From positions 192,001 through 256,000 of IMG/VR virus record IMGVR_UViG_3300028591_000070: a DNA stretch of 64,000 nt; one strand, given 5' to 3'. Position 1 is the first letter of the stretch, and each line of letters starts with the position of its first letter. The notes below the pieces were generated by a model that saw nothing but the letters and a program-made list of their open reading frames with translations, did not search any database and was not told where the DNA came from. Of the stretch, positions 28,305 through 37,614 are shown piece after piece. The position numbers were made by a program, and so were the translations under genes. Source of the stretch: a virus (taxonomy: Duplodnaviria; Caudoviricetes).

Positions 28305-29120
28305 TTAGATTAGTCCCCATTCAGCAAACTTTTCAAAACCACCTTTCGATTTAATAAAATCTCTAGCAATTTCTACAATTTCGCTGTAAGGCTTTCCATC
28401 TACAGTATCATCTCCGATAGCTGTACAGATTTCTACATCTTTCTTAAGTTCCTGTGCTTTAAGGTAAGCATAGATATTTACAGAAACATCAGCTTTAGAG
28501 AGGTCTTTACCATGGAGTCCACCACCTGTAACTCCTCTTCCCATATCAGAGCCTAATTTACGATTGGTGGCGCCAGTATCAACATCAATACCACCTGTCC
28601 AAGGACCTAATGGATTTACAATCTGTGTTATTCCTGCTGGCAAATTATGAATAATTTCTTTTTCATCTGTGCAAGACTGGCAAATAATGAGCTTAGAGCT
28701 ATTATAGTCTAAAATATACTTACCATCTGTAGGATATTTTTCATAAATAACACGAGCAATTTCTGATAAATACCTTTCTTCATCAGAAGTATAAACTCCC
28801 TTAAAAATACCATTATCACCTGTTCTGAAACCGTTTTCCTGGTTTTTAGCAAGCTCTACATCTTGTGGATGGTAAACAATTTGAATTTCTTCAAAATCAT
28901 TACGACCTGAAATACGTTTTACAGCCTCAGTGATTCTGTACTGTAAGCTACTATCAGCAAAGTTTACTGATGATTCAATAATAATAAAACATTTACGATG
29001 ACCAATTAATACTTCTACCGCAACTTTAGGATTAGTATATTCATAGGCCATATCAACAATCGCTCCGGCGATTCTATCTGCAACCTTATCAGGATGCATT
29101 GGGTTAACCTTTTCAAACAT
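28305..29120 (-). CDS. metK: S-adenosylmethionine synthetase (compact form)
   Basis: HPDKVADRI, GDNG, DGK, GGIDVDTGATNRKL, GGGLHGKDLSKAD. Confidence 0.92.
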   Translation of the reverse strand: MFEKVNPMHPDKVADRIAGAIVDMAYEYTNPKVAVEVLIGHRKCFIIIESSVNFADSSLQYRITEAVKRISGRNDFEEIQIVYHPQDVELAKNQENGFRTGDNGIFKGVYTSDEERYLSEIARVIYEKYPTDGKYILDYNSSKLIICQSCTDEKEIIHNLPAGITQIVNPLGPWTGGIDVDTGATNRKLGSDMGRGVTGGGLHGKDLSKADVSVNIYAYLKAQELKKDVEICTAIGDDTVDGKPYSEIVEIARDFIKSKGGFEKFAEWGLI

Positions 29121-29153
29121 AGAATAATATTAACCGAGGTTAATATTTTAAAC

Positions 29154-29939
29154 ATGATAACAAAAAGACGAATTAAGAAAGCAATAAAATATTATAGAGA
29201 GTGTTGTACTTATTTAAAAGAAATATTAGACTTTTGCGATTTGAATGGATATAACTATGCTTTTGTAGGTGGCTTTATAAAATGGTGTCTTGATAAAGAT
29301 TTTGAGTCTACTGGACCACGGGATTTAGATATAATTATTGATATGCCTAAAGAAGAATTGCTTTGGTTTTTAGATTCTAATAAAATTAAGTTTAGAAAAA
29401 ATAACTGTGGTGGATGTAAAGTTTTCCCACATTATGATGACTATTATGCAAAAGAATTAGATATCTGGACATTAGACTCTCATCAACCTTTTGTACCTTT
29501 TGAGCATACAGTAGAATATAGAAATATTAAAAGAACCTTTAAGAATGTAACTAAAACATCTTGGCTCTCTACTGATGGAGCTATTTATGATGTTGGCAAA
29601 AATAAGTTATATGCTAAAGCTTGTAAAAAATCACTTAAGGAAAAATGTGTTAGATTTCAACATTATGATATTTATAAAGACAATTCATATGTTGAATTTA
29701 AGGTTGGAATAGTCGCTAAAATTATAAAACTAATGAAAGATGGTTATCGTGTAGATGACACTTGTGAAAAAGTATTAAAAGATTATTTTAATAAGAAAGA
29801 TGAAACTAAACTTGTAAAATATATGGAAAAGCATTATGACGACCAGTTCATTGATTGGCGAAATGAAGTAAATCTCTTCAAAGCCTCAATTAAAGCTTTA
29901 GAAGAGATTGACAGAATAAATAAAATGTTAGGTTGTTAG
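29154..29939 (+). CDS. class II nucleotidyltransferase (CCA/poly(A) polymerase head-like)
   Basis: AFVGG...PRDLDII...ELDIW; start reassigned to MITKRR after GTTAATAT. Confidence 0.7.
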   Translation: MITKRRIKKAIKYYRECCTYLKEILDFCDLNGYNYAFVGGFIKWCLDKDFESTGPRDLDIIIDMPKEELLWFLDSNKIKFRKNNCGGCKVFPHYDDYYAKELDIWTLDSHQPFVPFEHTVEYRNIKRTFKNVTKTSWLSTDGAIYDVGKNKLYAKACKKSLKEKCVRFQHYDIYKDNSYVEFKVGIVAKIIKLMKDGYRVDDTCEKVLKDYFNKKDETKLVKYMEKHYDDQFIDWRNEVNLFKASIKALEEIDRINKMLGC

Positions 29940-30454
29940 TAAGCCATCTTCCATCTTAGATAATCTAAACTGCCATATATGCTATCTTTGCCTTTACTTT
30001 TTCTAGCATAAACTAAAATCGAAATATAGGGAATAGATATATATGGCCCTTCTCTTTCAAAGATACTTTTAGACATATTAATGATTTCTTCTGCATTTTG
30101 TGCCAAAAAAGATGCTTTTATTGTATAACATTCTTGGTCATTTTCACTTGTAAAAGAAGAAACTGGGGTTTCTAACCCAACTACATTAAAACCATTTTTA
30201 ATAAGACTCTTATAAGCATTTATAGTATTTCTTATATGTTCTTCTGGACTTTTTATACTGAAGCGCTCAAATTCTTTAGAAGATAAACTTTTCAACCATT
30301 TAGCTGTATTATTTAATATAATTGCTAGATTTCTTTGCTGTTGAATTGTTAAACCATCAAAATCTTCTCCAAGAATTTGAGACCATAGACTTGTTAATTT
30401 TTGAGAACGATCAATTCTAGCAGCAAGAGCTACATTAAATCTTGTTTCACTCAT
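29936..30454 (-). CDS. hypothetical protein with gp23 N-terminal-like segment
   Basis: KLTSLWSQIL...LAIILNN resembles the T4 gp23 propeptide. Confidence 0.55.
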   Translation of the reverse strand: MSETRFNVALAARIDRSQKLTSLWSQILGEDFDGLTIQQQRNLAIILNNTAKWLKSLSSKEFERFSIKSPEEHIRNTINAYKSLIKNGFNVVGLETPVSSFTSENDQECYTIKASFLAQNAEEIINMSKSIFEREGPYISIPYISILVYARKSKGKDSIYGSLDYLRWKMAY

Positions 30455-30792
30455 TAACTTTCACAATGCTCCATTGTTGTATTAGCAGCACTATTTGCTG
30501 TAGAAGTAATTGTAACTCCTGTATATAGAGGATCCTGATCAGGATGAACCTTAAACATATCATTGTTATAAGGATGAATTATGTCATTTGCATCAATTAT
30601 ACCTTTCGCATTAGTAGTTATTGTTGGCCAAAAGCCAGGGCTAGTAGGTGTCAATGTCTGCGGTCTAAGAGCATCCAAAATAGTCAAAATTTCATCTTCA
30701 GTAAAAATGTCTTTTAATTGGCTATCATAAGAGTCAATAATCTTCTTTCTTAATTCTTCATTATCATTCAAAGTCTTTTTCCTCCATTCCAA
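30454..30792 (-). CDS. hypothetical protein
   Basis: 112 aa ORF in operon. Confidence 0.65.
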   Translation of the reverse strand: MEWRKKTLNDNEELRKKIIDSYDSQLKDIFTEDEILTILDALRPQTLTPTSPGFWPTITTNAKGIIDANDIIHPYNNDMFKVHPDQDPLYTGVTITSTANSAANTTMEHCES

Positions 30793-31111
30793 AAGATTTA
30801 CCTATATTTTTCCAATCAATGGATATTCGTGGCCATGCCATATCATCTATATAGATATCAGCCACTATTTTTCTAGATTTATAATAACTATCAGCATTAT
30901 CATTAAAGGCATCAAATTCTAATTCATTCTCTTCTAGTAATTCCTTAGCATTCTCTAAAGCTCTACCTTCTCTACAAGTCCATAAAATTAAAGTAGCACC
31001 TTTAGATTTAAGCCATTTAATTACACTAGCTGCATTTGGACGAATCTCACCTTTATTTGGGTAAGCATCACTATTTATTATAGTTCCGTCATAATCAATT
31101 GCTATTACCAT
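30764..31111 (-). CDS. HAD-superfamily phosphatase
   Basis: IAIDYDGT, LWTCR, RKIVADIYIDD. Confidence 0.85.
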   Translation of the reverse strand: MVIAIDYDGTIINSDAYPNKGEIRPNAASVIKWLKSKGATLILWTCREGRALENAKELLEENELEFDAFNDNADSYYKSRKIVADIYIDDMAWPRISIDWKNIGKSFGMEEKDFE

Positions 31112-31340
31112 CTGTTGCCTCAATAAGACCAAAATCAATATGGTCGTTTATTTTAGAAATTAGTGCATCTAATGAATTGTCAAAAAGTTGATATTTCATT
31201 TTCTCCATATTAAGGTCCATACAAATTCTTCCATTCTGTTCAAAGAAACACATATAACCATTTTTATATGTTTCATCATCAATTGTACAAGACTCAACTT
31301 TATAAGCGATTGGTAAAAAATTTACTACACCTAGTTTCAT
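31095..31340 (-). CDS. hypothetical protein
   Basis: AAGGAG SD; GTTAATAT at 31358. Confidence 0.65.
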   Translation of the reverse strand: MKLGVVNFLPIAYKVESCTIDDETYKNGYMCFFEQNGRICMDLNMEKMKYQLFDNSLDALISKINDHIDFGLIEATDGNSN

Positions 31341-31366
31341 ATAATACTCCTTAATAAATATTAACT

Positions 31367-31398
31367 AAAAAGGCCTGCTTTATGGATTAAGCAGGCCT
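31367..31398 (-). terminator. intrinsic terminator
   Basis: AGGCCTGCTT...AAGCAGGCCT. Confidence 0.7.
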
Positions 31399-31456
31399 CT
31401 TGGTATTTTTAAATAACTTTTTTAAATAAAAGCTCTCACGCTTCGATGTCCAACTT

Positions 31457-31801
31457 TTAGTAATATGAAATAGACAATGACTCACTGTCAATAATTCGGT
31501 ATTTACTTACTTTTTCCTTAGATCCATCACCTTTATAAATAGTAATATCACCCTTTATTTCATAAACATAAAATTGAATTTTATTACCATTTGTCATGGA
31601 AAACATTGACTCATTAGTCTGGACCAAAATAGATACTTCTGCGTTTGTAGCTTCACAGGTTACTCTTCCACCATTGTCAAACTGAATGAAGCTTACTCGT
31701 TCAGGAATTCCAACATCCTTAAGACGTTTACCTTCTGTATAAGCAAAAGCTGAGCATACAAATATAAACATCAATACCACTGCAATAAAAAGTTTTTTCA
31801 T
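31457..31801 (-). CDS. secreted/periplasmic hypothetical protein
   Basis: MKKLF...SAFA signal peptide; AGGAG SD. Confidence 0.7.
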   Translation of the reverse strand: MKKLFIAVVLMFIFVCSAFAYTEGKRLKDVGIPERVSFIQFDNGGRVTCEATNAEVSILVQTNESMFSMTNGNKIQFYVYEIKGDITIYKGDGSKEKVSKYRIIDSESLSISYY

Positions 31802-31815
31802 TTATTTTCTCCTTT

Positions 31816-32028
31816 TTAAGTGTTTAATAGTTCTTTTGTGTATAAAACACAAATAGTATTTGGAATGATTTCTGGATGAGTATCTGTGATATGTTCTATC
31901 AGTTCATTCCATTGATCAACTCTGGCAAGTCCTTCCATTCTAAAAATATCCATACCACACACCATTCCAGAAGGTGAGCCATCTTTTAATCTGTACTGAA
32001 AATTATAAGTTACTACTATTCTTTTCAT
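31816..32028 (-). CDS. hypothetical protein
   Basis: 70 aa ORF in operon. Confidence 0.6.
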   Translation of the reverse strand: MKRIVVTYNFQYRLKDGSPSGMVCGMDIFRMEGLARVDQWNELIEHITDTHPEIIPNTICVLYTKELLNT

Positions 32029-32407
32029 TTTCCCAAAATCCTAATTTTTTAAGAGTTTTTGCCATATCAATATCAGGATATAGCTTTTGCCAAGTTTCAT
32101 AAGCTGTTAATTGTTTTTCAGGCTTTGTAAATCTAGCACTTTCCCAATCAATAACAGCTTCAACTTTATTTGGAATATCACGATATGTATTTACTCCATC
32201 AGAATAAATATGGTCGTGGTGTCCAGAAAACTTTCTATGAAGTTTTGTTGCAATTTTATCGCCAAAGATAAAAACATTTATCATTTTTAGAAAGTCATGA
32301 AAAGGAAAAGAATAGCCTTTTTCCTTAGCAATTCTCTGAACTTCTTTACGGTGTCTTTGAATATTTTTGATTTCAGTAATTCTGTTATGCATAAATGTCA
32401 ATCGCAT
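32003..32407 (-). CDS. HD-domain-like protein (DUF5662-like)
   Basis: HR..V, HD..K, HR..S.HH and VIDW motifs. Confidence 0.6.
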   Translation of the reverse strand: MRLTFMHNRITEIKNIQRHRKEVQRIAKEKGYSFPFHDFLKMINVFIFGDKIATKLHRKFSGHHDHIYSDGVNTYRDIPNKVEAVIDWESARFTKPEKQLTAYETWQKLYPDIDMAKTLKKLGFWENEKNSSNL

Positions 32408-32714
32408 TTTTTGGTCTAGGCCTTACAACGATATCATCTGGCACAACAATGTTTACCATGTGAAAGTTTCTGTCGATACCTGCTTTTAAGTATTCTGCAG
32501 CTTTATTGCCAGACTTTTCCAAAGATTGAACCTTTTTAACAAGAGCAAGCTGCTCTTCAAATTTCTGTTCTTTGTTAGCTCGCATTACTTCTGCAGTTGG
32601 GAACATATCCATAATAGATTCTTCTTTTTTCTGGTGCTTTTTCTTTTTGTCACCATTGAAAGACTGCTGATTACCCATCAAATTGTTATTAGATTGATAT
32701 ACTGCTTCTACCAT
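32385..32714 (-). CDS. hypothetical early protein
   Basis: GAGG SD; GTATATTCT at 32733-32741. Confidence 0.7.
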   Translation of the reverse strand: MVEAVYQSNNNLMGNQQSFNGDKKKKHQKKEESIMDMFPTAEVMRANKEQKFEEQLALVKKVQSLEKSGNKAAEYLKAGIDRNFHMVNIVVPDDIVVRPRPKNAIDIYA

Positions 32715-32740
32715 AGATATTACCTCTTATATAGAATATA

Positions 32741-33154
32741 CTATTCTTCGTCCTCTTTTTCAAGAAGTGACGTATCTGAATCATCGATACTCATTATTTC
32801 TGCTATAGCTAATCCTACTACACACAGGAGAGATATGATAAATAATGTCCAACATACGCCTGTGGCTCCATCAAAAAAGCCCAACTTGGTAGTATCAACT
32901 TTCGCAATAGCCAAAAGTGCAACAAAGATGGCCCTTATGCATGAAACAATACAGCAACCTATACCAGAGATAATTGAGGTATAGATACTAAGCATAAACA
33001 TTTTTCCACAAAATGTAAGCTTTGTTGACTCAAAAAGCTGGTCAATTTTCGCTTTCAACTTTTTGTAAAAACGATTGTTTTTCTTTTCAATCTTAGCAAG
33101 TCTTTTAGCTTCCTGCTCTTCCAATTTCTTCTGTTTCTTTTCTTCTCTTGTCAT
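32741..33154 (-). CDS. membrane protein (2 TM)
   Basis: Basic N-terminus followed by two hydrophobic segments. Confidence 0.7.
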   Translation of the reverse strand: MTREEKKQKKLEEQEAKRLAKIEKKNNRFYKKLKAKIDQLFESTKLTFCGKMFMLSIYTSIISGIGCCIVSCIRAIFVALLAIAKVDTTKLGFFDGATGVCWTLFIISLLCVVGLAIAEIMSIDDSDTSLLEKEDEE

Positions 33155-33387
33155 CTACTACACTCCATTTCATCTTTAGCTTCTTCAAAAGTTTTACTCA
33201 ATTCTGCATAAAGTTTATCAGCGGTTGCACTATTATCACAATTGATATTGTGCGTTGCGCCATAAATTGTTTTTAGAAAAATTGTTTTACTATGTTCATC
33301 ATGCCCAACAAGCCAAACGTCTTCCCAGTCCATAGTTAAACAATTATTAACTCTAGTAATTATTTTTTTCATTTTTTCTCCTACCAA
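33151..33387 (-). CDS. hypothetical protein
   Basis: 78 aa ORF in operon. Confidence 0.6.
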   Translation of the reverse strand: MVGEKMKKIITRVNNCLTMDWEDVWLVGHDEHSKTIFLKTIYGATHNINCDNSATADKLYAELSKTFEEAKDEMECSR

Positions 33388-34724
33388 ATCTCTGGCAATT
33401 CAATTAAAGCCTCATCTTTTTTATCCATAGCATGCCAATATGAAGCATAAGCAAGAAGCATATCATCTAACTCTTCATAAGAAGAACTTGAGTCTGGTTT
33501 ATCTGTAATACCTTCATATGGATTTTCAAATGTAGCACTTTCATCTTTGCTAACATTCATTCTAACTGTAGAATATCCATTATCAAAGTCAAATACTTTT
33601 ACCGTCTTATCTTCAAGAAGTTTATCAACAGCGCAAATTTTCCATGCTCCTTCACCTGCTTCCTGATAGCCTACACCAAAAATAGGATGATCCATTTCAA
33701 ATGTATCTTTCTTAGCAGGATATTTCTGTCGATATGCAGTCCACCATTCTTTAAGGTAATCCCATTCGTCGAATGACATTGCAAAACATTGATGATGAGT
33801 TCCATCAGCATCACCAAACATTACATCTGCATCAATAGAAATTGTGGTAAATGACTGTTTTGAGTATTGCTCAAGGAAAGAATTTTTAAACTCATCCAAT
33901 AAACCTTTATTCTTGATAAAGTCTAATAACTCATCTGGTGTGCTACAAAGAATTTCGTCTAAGCGAGACTGAGCAATAGACAATTTTTCTTCAGCAGAAG
34001 GTTCTACATTCTTTTTAGGAGCGCGAGGCTTTGCAGATTTATATTCATCTGTAAAAGTAATATTTTTCTGCCAGCATTTACCAAAAGCAGTTTTTTCAAT
34101 AAATTCTTTTAATAGTTCATTAAACTTTTCAACAAGTTCTTTTGGATCTGAAAAATCTTCAAAAAAGAAACGAATATTTGAGTCGGCTTCTTTAAACCAT
34201 GATCTTTCTCTCCAATCCCACCAGCACAATTTGGTATTCCAACCTGGCCTAATACAATCATTAAATCCACGTGGATAAATATAACAAATTTCTTTTCCAA
34301 TATTTTTTTCGATAAGCCTAAAAAGCTGGAAAACAACAAAGCTTGAAAGTGACATATCTTTATAGCCGATAGTATTATCATAGTCATCGTGCTTTTTAAA
34401 ATCTGTTAATCCATGTTCTTTTAAGAATTCTTCAAAGTTTTTAAGTCCATTAATACAAGCATCATCATATTCTGTCTTTGGATGGTCTTTATATGGTGGT
34501 ATAAGAACGTTATACCAGTCAACTCGCCATACTGGATATTTATCAATAAACTCATACCATTCATGTTCTTTTCCAGTATTCCAATCTCTGTCATACCTGC
34601 GTTCCATTCTATTTCTATACATAGAAGGTGCTTTTTCCAAAGTATGAATGTCTACATAAGGTAATTTTTTCTTTTTAAGAGTGGCTAAATCAACCAACTC
34701 ACTCTGGTCATCATATTCTTTCAC
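33381..34724 (-). CDS. hypothetical protein (C-terminal half paralogous to 34724..35365)
   Basis: Shared VMxGDADG and LxxWxxAYxxKYP motifs. Confidence 0.75.
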   Translation of the reverse strand: MKEYDDQSELVDLATLKKKKLPYVDIHTLEKAPSMYRNRMERRYDRDWNTGKEHEWYEFIDKYPVWRVDWYNVLIPPYKDHPKTEYDDACINGLKNFEEFLKEHGLTDFKKHDDYDNTIGYKDMSLSSFVVFQLFRLIEKNIGKEICYIYPRGFNDCIRPGWNTKLCWWDWRERSWFKEADSNIRFFFEDFSDPKELVEKFNELLKEFIEKTAFGKCWQKNITFTDEYKSAKPRAPKKNVEPSAEEKLSIAQSRLDEILCSTPDELLDFIKNKGLLDEFKNSFLEQYSKQSFTTISIDADVMFGDADGTHHQCFAMSFDEWDYLKEWWTAYRQKYPAKKDTFEMDHPIFGVGYQEAGEGAWKICAVDKLLEDKTVKVFDFDNGYSTVRMNVSKDESATFENPYEGITDKPDSSSSYEELDDMLLAYASYWHAMDKKDEALIELPEIW

Positions 34725-35365
34725 TAGAAAGGCTCCTGTTCTTTATAAGGCAAAAGATAGTCATCCTGGTAGTCATGCTGCTTCCACCAAAGAGCATAAG
34801 GCATAACTCCAAAGAAGAGACCATTTTCGCAGCCATACATTATATATTTATCAAAATCTTCTTCATCAGGTATTTCTGAAATTTCTTCTTCAAGGTCAAA
34901 GTCATTTAAGTCAACTGAGTCATATTCAAGGCTGAATTCATAACAACTTCTACTTGGCGCTTCATATCTGTCATCACAAGAAAATGGTTTTTCAGCATAA
35001 ATGATAGCTTTAAGAACTTGCCAATTTATACAACCTGAAGGACCATCACAATGACCAACATTATCCAACCAGAAATATTCATTATTGACATCTTCTGGAT
35101 ATTTCTTACTGTAAGCTTCAAACCACTTACGTAATAATGGAAGATCTTTCAGTGGGAAAGTTGCTTCATAATCATCATCACCATCAGCATCGCCGAGCAT
35201 AACATTTATATAAGCTGTAAAGCTGTTGTATTCTACATCTTTATTTTGGTCTGCAAAATACTTTTCGAGCTTATCTTTAAGAGAGTTTTTCTCAATAAAA
35301 CTCTGTACGAACTCCGGAACTTTAGCATACTCAGTTTCAAAAACTTCTTTAAGTTTTGGATCCAC
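34724..35365 (-). CDS. hypothetical protein
   Basis: VMLGDADG motif; AGGAG SD. Confidence 0.75.
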   Translation of the reverse strand: MDPKLKEVFETEYAKVPEFVQSFIEKNSLKDKLEKYFADQNKDVEYNSFTAYINVMLGDADGDDDYEATFPLKDLPLLRKWFEAYSKKYPEDVNNEYFWLDNVGHCDGPSGCINWQVLKAIIYAEKPFSCDDRYEAPSRSCYEFSLEYDSVDLNDFDLEEEISEIPDEEDFDKYIMYGCENGLFFGVMPYALWWKQHDYQDDYLLPYKEQEPF

Positions 35366-35633
35366 TATTTTTCTCCTTTCTTTTATTATATTTTAAACCC
35401 CATTTAATTAATGGTTTTAAATTTTTCATATATGCTTTTGTCATTGTAAAGACTTTATATTGAAATGTTTCAGGCTTCATACATATGAGCATATAAAACA
35501 TTCGATTTGGAGTTGGTATAAACTTATAAAATGGGAATTCTGTAAATAAATTTCCCAAAATATATTCATCATGAGAGTCATCTGGTTCGAGTGGAATATT
35601 TTCCCAAGCTATTAAAAAACTTTGATTTATCAT
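35349..35633 (-). CDS. hypothetical early protein
   Basis: Start MINQSF; TTGACC-N17-TATATT promoter at 35642-35672. Confidence 0.6.
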   Translation of the reverse strand: MINQSFLIAWENIPLEPDDSHDEYILGNLFTEFPFYKFIPTPNRMFYMLICMKPETFQYKVFTMTKAYMKNLKPLIKWGLKYNKRKEKNSGSKT

Positions 35634-35660
35634 ACTATAATAGAATATACTTTTAAAATG

Positions 35661-35688
35661 AAAAAAGGTCAACATTTAGTTGACCTTT
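35661..35688 (-). terminator. intrinsic terminator (overlaps -35 of next early promoter)
   Basis: AAAGGTCAAC-attta-GTTGACCTTT. Confidence 0.7.
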
Positions 35689-35695
35689 CTTAAAA

Positions 35696-35959
35696 CTACT
35701 CTAAAGTTTTTCCATCTGGCAGCTTTTCAGCATTTTCAAACTTACTTTCTGCAAGTTTTTCCTGCTTCTGAATAACCTTATTAAGGTGTTTCTGCCAAAC
35801 TTTCTTCTGATGCTTTTTAGCAGAAGGCTTTACGAAATAACGCTTTTCTTCATAAGCTTTCATAATACCTTCTTTCATGACTTCCTTCTTAAACTTCTTG
35901 AGAGCACGCTCAAGATTAGGATTTCCATCACGATCTTCCAAAACTTTAACTGTAACCAT
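35696..35959 (-). CDS. rpsU: 30S ribosomal protein bS21
   Basis: VKV...LERALKKFKK.V.KEGI......YFVKPS. Confidence 0.88.
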   Translation of the reverse strand: MVTVKVLEDRDGNPNLERALKKFKKEVMKEGIMKAYEEKRYFVKPSAKKHQKKVWQKHLNKVIQKQEKLAESKFENAEKLPDGKTLE

Positions 35960-36231
35960 TATTTATCACCTCCTTCCTTCTTCTCTTTACCAAGCAGGTA
36001 ATTAAGGCGATTCTCAAGACAGAACATATAAAGTTCCAGTGCATCACGCTCGTGAACCATGAAGAACATTTCTGTTTCGTCAAAGCCAGCTTTTTCACGA
36101 GTCTTTTTTCCATCATCATCAAATCCAGTAAGTGAATAAAGCTCTTTAAGCTTCTTACCTACATTGTCAATTTCCTGACGAATGAAAGCTGTTTTTCCAA
36201 CTTCTTTCGAAGTTGTGTCTTTTTTAGCCAT
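35959..36231 (-). CDS. hypothetical protein (crAss001_48-like helical family)
   Basis: E...KLKEL...M...ALELY..CLENRL pattern. Confidence 0.5.
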   Translation of the reverse strand: MAKKDTTSKEVGKTAFIRQEIDNVGKKLKELYSLTGFDDDGKKTREKAGFDETEMFFMVHERDALELYMFCLENRLNYLLGKEKKEGGDK

Positions 36232-36242
36232 TCCGGCCTCCT

Positions 36243-37202
36243 TTATTTAGTTTTCCCAAACCAAGATTTAGTGTCAACTTTGAAGATAGACTGTCGGATG
36301 ACACTATTATATTCTGGTTTTTCAGGATTAAAATGTATATACTTGCTAATGTCCTTTCCTTCTAGTAAAGAACGAACAACGGACATGTTTAGTATAGTCT
36401 TATCAATTATATTAACCTGTTTTGAATTCATTGCAAAAGCAAAAAGAAGCTGTTCAAGAGGTGTTTCGCCCATATGACCTACATCAAAATGCTGGCCTTT
36501 TTTAAGGTCTGCTTCTACATCAGCTAAAGTTTTACCAGTTTCACCAACTTCTTTAATATAATTATAGCATAACTCTTTAATGTTATTTACAAGTTTAGTT
36601 TTATCTAAATAAATTGAACCTTTAATATTATCAGACTCATCACCATATAAAGCTTTGTAAAGTGTAATAGATGCTTTTGTTGGTTTGAATAAAAATTTTT
36701 CTTCAAAATCTTTAACAGAAAATGGTTTATCTAATCCCTTATTTATCATGTGAACATCTTCTGAAATATAACGAGACCAATCATAGTCTGTTGTCACCAA
36801 AGCAACTTTTTTATTAGGTCCGATCATTGCTAAAAGAGGCTCTACAAAGTCATCGGCTTCATATTCCTGAGAATAAATGGTCTTAACTTTATCACCTCTG
36901 TATGTATAATATTTTTTGTATAATACAATTGACTGATAATAAAGTGAACTATATTGGCGATTTGCTTTATAATTTTCATCAATCTTTTTTCTTTCTGAAG
37001 ATGGAAACTTAAATGACTTAGATTCGCCCAAGTCATATTCTGAAATTGGGTCAAAAATAATGTAAAGAGTATCATTTAAGGATTGTCTTAAATCCTCAGT
37101 AAAAGAAATCATTTTTCTAACAACTTGTTCTGCTGTCTCATTTTTGCCTAAACATCTATAGAAAAGGTTTGCAGAATCAATAATTATATAATCATAAAGC
37201 AC
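36243..37202 (-). CDS. 5'-3' exonuclease / T4 RNase H (FEN-like)
   Basis: IIDSANL, IFD, RK....YKANR, EADD, TTDYDW, GDESDNI. Confidence 0.9.
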   Translation of the reverse strand: MLYDYIIIDSANLFYRCLGKNETAEQVVRKMISFTEDLRQSLNDTLYIIFDPISEYDLGESKSFKFPSSERKKIDENYKANRQYSSLYYQSIVLYKKYYTYRGDKVKTIYSQEYEADDFVEPLLAMIGPNKKVALVTTDYDWSRYISEDVHMINKGLDKPFSVKDFEEKFLFKPTKASITLYKALYGDESDNIKGSIYLDKTKLVNNIKELCYNYIKEVGETGKTLADVEADLKKGQHFDVGHMGETPLEQLLFAFAMNSKQVNIIDKTILNMSVVRSLLEGKDISKYIHFNPEKPEYNSVIRQSIFKVDTKSWFGKTK

Positions 37203-37215
37203 TATTTATTTTCTC

Positions 37216-37596
37216 CTATTCTTTTGTACTCCAAACTGGTTTATCACAGTAATATTCCCAAATAGGAGTACCATTTATAAAATCTTTATGCTCAAAATCA
37301 ATTCCAATAATTTCAGTTCCTCTAAATGAGTCTTCTATCGCTCTAAAGATCTGGTCATCTTCAAAAGTACCGTGGTATGACTCAAGCATAAAAGTTTTTG
37401 TCATATTATATTTTACACCATTTTTATCATAAGCATCAAAAGTAACAGTAACTGGCTCTAATACAGCTTTTCTACGTTTTGGTGGCTTATATTTAAATCC
37501 TTCAGTTTGAGGCAATTTAGACCAATTAACATTTACAGTTTTTGGCTCTACTTTCATTTCATAAGCCGTAAGTTCAATATTTTCTAAATCTTCCAT
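37216..37596 (-). CDS. hypothetical protein
   Basis: 126 aa ORF. Confidence 0.65.
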   Translation of the reverse strand: MEDLENIELTAYEMKVEPKTVNVNWSKLPQTEGFKYKPPKRRKAVLEPVTVTFDAYDKNGVKYNMTKTFMLESYHGTFEDDQIFRAIEDSFRGTEIIGIDFEHKDFINGTPIWEYYCDKPVWSTKE

Positions 37597-37614
37597 ATAT
37601 TAATTATAATAACA

